Shown: one piece after another, positions 58,997 to 64,000 of the stretch
Layout: the number at the start of each line of letters is the position of its first letter
Numbering within the stretch: the first letter of the stretch is position 1
DNA from: Lepidodermella squamata
Lineage: Eukaryota > Animalia > Gastrotricha
DNA: 64,000 nucleotides
Assembly: GCA_047495785.1 (NCBI GenBank)
Contig: JBLDXI010000016.1
Coordinates: forward strand, 1,025,862 to 1,089,861
Reading direction: 5' to 3'
Position numbers and translations under genes: made by a program
The notes under the pieces: model-generated
The model's database searches: none
What the model saw: only the letters and a program-made list of their open reading frames with translations
What the model was told of the DNA's origin: nothing

Positions 58997-60325
58997 TGTT
59001 TTTTTGTTGCAAAAATAAAACGGTGTAATATTTCCTAAAATTACGCCAAGGTTTTTTGAAGGTTCATAGTTTCAAAATTCTGAAGCTTCAAATTTGAAAC
59101 AAATTTGTGGTACCTGATATTCTAATAGTTTTCCACCGGTTTTTTGCAACTCAAATTTGGTTGACTAGCTGGTAATTTGGACGTTCACTTGCTGGTTTTA
59201 CATTTGTCATCAGGGGATCTTTTCCGAATGTCATAAACATCATGAATATGCATATTATTTTGTAAACTAGGTAAAATTCTCCGGCCTGTCCGAGTTACAC
59301 TTTCTATTTTCGTTCCCTTAGAGCTAAAATTAGTTCAAGCGCGTGCGACATATTTACGCAATTTCAGTGCAAGACATTCAGAAAATAATTCTTCTACAAC
59401 ATTGCCCTTTTGTCTTTTGCGCGTACATGCGTGTTACCTGTTACGCACGTGCCTAACTTACGCAGGAGGGATAATCTACATCGATTTCGAATGGCTTATA
59501 TTGCCCTCTCGATGGTTTCTTTTTTTTTGCTTCGAACAAACAGAGCTGCTCAGCGGCTTGCGACTGCGAAAATAAGTAACTTTTTCAATCAGAATTTTTT
59601 GAAATAGTTCAACGTCTTATCGTGTTGAGCCTTAATGCGTAATTTGTGCTGCGTTCGGTCTAACGGCACTGCGCCGCACACTTTCGGCATTACGTGCCCC
59701 AGATTTAAAACATGGACATATACCATTTCAATTAGGCTTCTTTAATTTCAGCTCAATGTGGTCTTGATTAATTTTAATCAATTTATATATATTTTTTATT
59801 TAATCCGGGGGATCAGCCTATGCGCATGCTCACGTGACATGAAAAAAATTGCCAGCCACTGAGGCGGTGACGCGGTTTCTTCGTTGCTTCGTCGGTGGTT
59901 CGTCAGTTATAAGTAGGACGTGCCCTGCAAATCCAGCGTAAAATGACGTGCCTTAGTTGACACTCAGCCGCAGTAAAGCCGACATTTTGTCATTCTGGTC
60001 TGCGACACGTTCCGCTTCACTGGCCGCTGTTCGAAAATTCCGAAGAAATTTACGCGTCTAAGTGTAAATTCCGCATATGCCGTGATTATGGTCGGAGATA
60101 GGTAATCGTAAAATTTGATCGATGACGTCATTTTTGGCGGATATTCAACGACGCGGATTGCTCGTGTTGTTGAAAGATTCGGAGCCATTTTATTTGTTCT
60201 ATCTATCTTCATTCTATTATAGCCAGGTTTTAATATTAACCCTGGCGTTGCTTCGTAAAGAAATTTCGAAAAAAATCAATTTTTCGACATGGCAATTTTT
60301 CAAAGTTATCAATATTTTTTTAGAA

Positions 60326-62261
60326 ATGTCGCAATATTTCACAATCAATTTATTGCTAATTAATGCTATAATTTTGGCACGGTGCCAACAGCCATTTGGG
60401 CCGCCGAAATCGAAAGCGCCTGGTTGTAGGCGCGATAATTCTGCATCTGTGGTTACGGAGCAGCAACTTTCGGATAAATATTTTGCGCCTTATGGAAAAT
60501 GGCAGCGGCCAAGGTTAAACGCTAATGACACTGTTGATGTTTACCTTACGTTTGGCGTGTCCCAAATCAACGACGTCGTAAGATTTCGATTTTTTCACTA
60601 TTTTGAGAATTTTTAACATTTATTTTCTAGATTGAAAAAGAACGAATTATGAAAATTACCGGATATCTGAGTGTGGTAATTTGTTAAAAAAAATATTTTT
60701 TCTCGAAATTCTATTTTTTCAGAGGTGGGAAGACCAGTTCAGATATTGGATTAACGACTTTCCTTATAATTGCGTCGATTATGCCGGTTAGTATAGTTGA
60801 TTCATCATGCTACTCTTTTTATTTTTATTTTTCTATATTTCAGTACTACCCGCTCACGAAGTCTGGCTGCCTGACATAGCGCAGGTAAACTTTTATATTA
60901 AAAATTTCATTTAAATTTCAAATTGCAAAATTTGAGATGAATTCCGAAAGCCGTTACGTCCTTATGGGAAAAGACGATGAAAAAGTTCGAATTTACTCAA
61001 ATGGTTACAGTTTATACAGCCCTGGTGGGACATTTACGGTCTACTGCGATCTGGATTTGACGCTGTTCCCATTCGATACTCAGGTGAAAATTTCAAATTT
61101 TCATTATTACAATTTTATATTTTTTTCAAAATATTACAGACCTGTTCTTTAGAGCTGGAAAGGTATTGCGCGGTCGTTTTTTTGAATTTTAATTCTTATA
61201 AAAAAATAGCTGGCGATACACGAGACAATTCATGTCGCTGTATTTTGTTGGCGATGTGTCGAAAAAGTATTTCAAAGAAAATGAACAATGGGACTTGATA
61301 GCAACAACCCAGACCAAGGTTAATGTTACCTATGCCGATCCTAGCGCCTCGTTCGACCATCTCGAATTTCATTTTACCGTTAAGCGAAAAGTCAAATATT
61401 ACATGTAAAAATTAATTTGGAAATCATTTTTTCAGCATTTTTTTAATTTTCTCTTATAATAAATAGGATGAATGTAGTCATACCAAGTTGCGTTATTTCT
61501 GTTGCACACCTTGCGAATTTTGGCGTTCCAGTAGGACATGTTGAGAAGGTTGAAATATCATTCACATGCCTACTAGCCTATTCTGTATTTCAACTAATGG
61601 TTGTTGGTGACTTGCCAAGGTGAGAATGGCTCAAAATTCAAACTTTTTTATTTTTTTTCTATCTTAGATCAAGTCAGCACATACCTTTGCTATCGTATTA
61701 TATTAATCTACAAATGGCTTTCATTTCAATATCGATGGTAATTTTTCTACGATTTTCTAAATTAAAAAAGCAAACAAATTTCAGCTCGGCGAAGGGTTTG
61801 CACTCTATGCCCTGAGCATGATTGAAGAAAACCACGAAGCAACAGCAACTCGAATGCCTGATTGGCTGTTCAGATTCACTTGTGCAATAGCCACACTCGT
61901 CAACTTGCACTCGAAAATTCCGAAAGCTGAGCGGGAAATGCCCGAAACTACCGAAAACGGCAATAACGTAAAATCTGAGGAAATCCACCCGGGCGTTATG
62001 AATGGTATAAATGGGGTCGATTTTCACGACATCAAAACAAGTATTTCGACCCGACGGCGGTCGCACGAGCGGCGATTGGAAGGCGGCGATGTTGTCGGCG
62101 ATTTTACAGGCTGCGACAATTTAACGTACCGCGAGACTCAGTGGTACTTTTTGGCCGTTGTTACCGAACGAGTTGTCGGCCTGCTTTACCTTGTCTGCAT
62201 TAGCATCACTCCGATTGTTATGTTCGGAATTTACCCGGTAGCTGTTAATGGACCGTTTTGA
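60326..62261 (+). CDS. nAChR-like Cys-loop channel subunit, multi-exon
   Basis: RP..N..DTVDV, W.D, VWLPDI, CDLDLTLFPFDTQTC, EK at M2 entry, MPDW and M4 helix. Confidence 0.85.
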
Positions 62262-62994
62262 AGATTGAATCATTAGGAAATCTTAGCCGCATTGTTGAAA
62301 AAGAATGATTTTGTTTATCATCTTTCGATCATATTATTTTCATTACCTGATTGCATTGCAAAATTTGTGCAACCCAAAAATAAAACATGATAAAAAATGA
62401 TGAAAATGTGTGCAATTATTTGATGGTATATATTTGATATTTGATGGTGGCCGAAAAATTCCGCAGATAGCGAATTTGATGCGCATCAATTTAATGCGGA
62501 GTTTCAGGAAATTGAGGAGTTCCATTGGCGAAAGAATACAGTGTGTCCGTCAAATAATATGAGGCTATTTATAGTCCAAAAGCAACCGCAAGCGTGGCGC
62601 GTGCCAGATCTGGCGTCTCATTTTTTTCATGAGATGCAAAAAATAATACGTCAATGAAATCGAAAGCTTTATTTACTACTGCTAGTTAAAATTTGTATGC
62701 ATCAGCTAGTGTTGATGATTAAACCTTCTTCGTCTTAATTCTTTCAGGTGATAGAGAAGGTGATGTTCTGACCATCAGGAATGCTAATATTTTCCTCTTA
62801 ACGAGCCGCGCCTTTAAAAATTATCTTAATTATCAGGTTCATCTCCGTCATCACCATCTTCTCCCTGAGCCGTTTCAGTTTTTTGTTTTGCAAGGGCCAT
62901 TTTGAATTCGGCCATGGCCAGTTTTACAAACCGCTTTTTTGGAATCGGGTTTCCCCTTTTTCGCGTACATCGAAGTAGTAAGGATGGGAACTTT

Positions 62995-63172
62995 GGATCA
63001 GTAATGGCAGTACGGCGATTTTTACTATAGCCGTTTGGTATAAATATACGCAATTTGGGATCAGTAATGGCAGTACGGCGATTTTTACTATAGCCATTTG
63101 GCATAAATATACGAGCGTTGTATCAGTAATAGCACTACGGTCATTTTTACTATAACCGTTTCACATAAATAT
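62995..63172. repeat. 63-bp tandem repeat x~2.8
   Basis: GGATCAGTAATGGCAGTACGGCGATTTTTACTATAGCC... repeated. Confidence 0.8.
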
Positions 63173-63689
63173 ATAAGTGCGTTTTATCCGTTGCCCCATA
63201 AATGTACGCAATGTTTATGATAAAATATACAGCGGGCATACTTTTTTTCTAAAACTATTATGAGTCATGCTTTTGCATTCTTTCTGGGAATTAATTTGTA
63301 ATATAAAAAATGCACACATGATAATTTATTTTTAATTTTTCAATCTTTGTAACAGTAATTACAATTCCAATCACCACAATCTAGGCTGCATGCCTGATCT
63401 CTTGCTCGAGTTGCTATCATAAATCGTGATGCATCATTGATCAATTGTTCAACCTCCAATTGTGTGTTCAACATTTCGTTTATAGCTGCTGTCATTGCTC
63501 GTTGCAGATGGTCAATGCTTAGCAGTGCTTGATATAAGCGTTCACGACTAAACATAACAGAATTTATTCAAGATTTTTTAAAAAAGAACCAAACTTACAT
63601 GTCTTCTGCTTCCATCAATTTTCTTAGTTTCCAAAAAGATACTTGATTAGATACAGTAATCTAAGAACTCAAGCTAGCTCATCTTTTTT

Positions 63690-63935
63690 CCTGCTTTGTC
63701 CATTAGCTTATATAAATACACCTTACTTTCCATTAACCTTTTTTGTAAATAAACATTACTTTCTCCTATCAATCCCCCTTAACTTTAATCTAAAATATAA
63801 TAAATATTTTTTACTTTGGCCATTAGCATTTATAAATACTCCTTTCTTTCCTGATATGTCCATTAACTTGTTTTGTAAATAAACTTTACTTTCTCCTATC
63901 AATCCAACTTAACTGTAATCTAAAAAATATAAGAA
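63690..63935. repeat. AT-rich ~120-128 bp direct repeat x2
   Basis: CCATTAGC.T.TATAAATAC and TTACTTTCTCCTATCAATCC recur. Confidence 0.7.
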
Positions 63936-64000
63936 ACATTTTTTTACTCAAGGAAAATCGAATAAAAGCAAAGATTAAGGTAGGGATAGCAAGGTCAAAT

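Overview
Eukaryotic DNA from an invertebrate animal (species not identifiable here), AT-rich, mostly with 40-60 nt GT-AG introns. The first 28 kb is a tRNA/snRNA island. The whole window holds about 36 tRNA genes/pseudogenes, including a 9-gene cluster present twice plus a partial third copy. It also holds five copies of a [tRNA-Leu(TAG)]-tRNA-iMet-U1 snRNA cassette, whose U1 has a non-canonical Sm site and an altered U1-70K loop. Three cassettes are co-duplicated with secreted PI-PLC-X-like genes lacking the catalytic His. A 1.07-kb TA-flanked mobile element occurs twice, with its terminal hairpin in flip and flop orientations. The rest carries lineage-specific genes: three membrane-anchored MycE/TylE-like methyltransferases; an inverted pair of divergent Cys-loop channels, one hosting an antisense nested kinase-TAZ-KIX-RING-H2 chimeric gene; a TIR-NB-ARC-ankyrin receptor with a predicted lipidation motif; a TRIM-like RING-Bbox-CC-ankyrin gene with an intronic MULE; a SOCS-box protein; a Cys-rich secreted peptide; a clan-3 P450; a CAP protein; and an nAChR-like subunit. 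All assignments come from reading motifs by eye; no searches were run.
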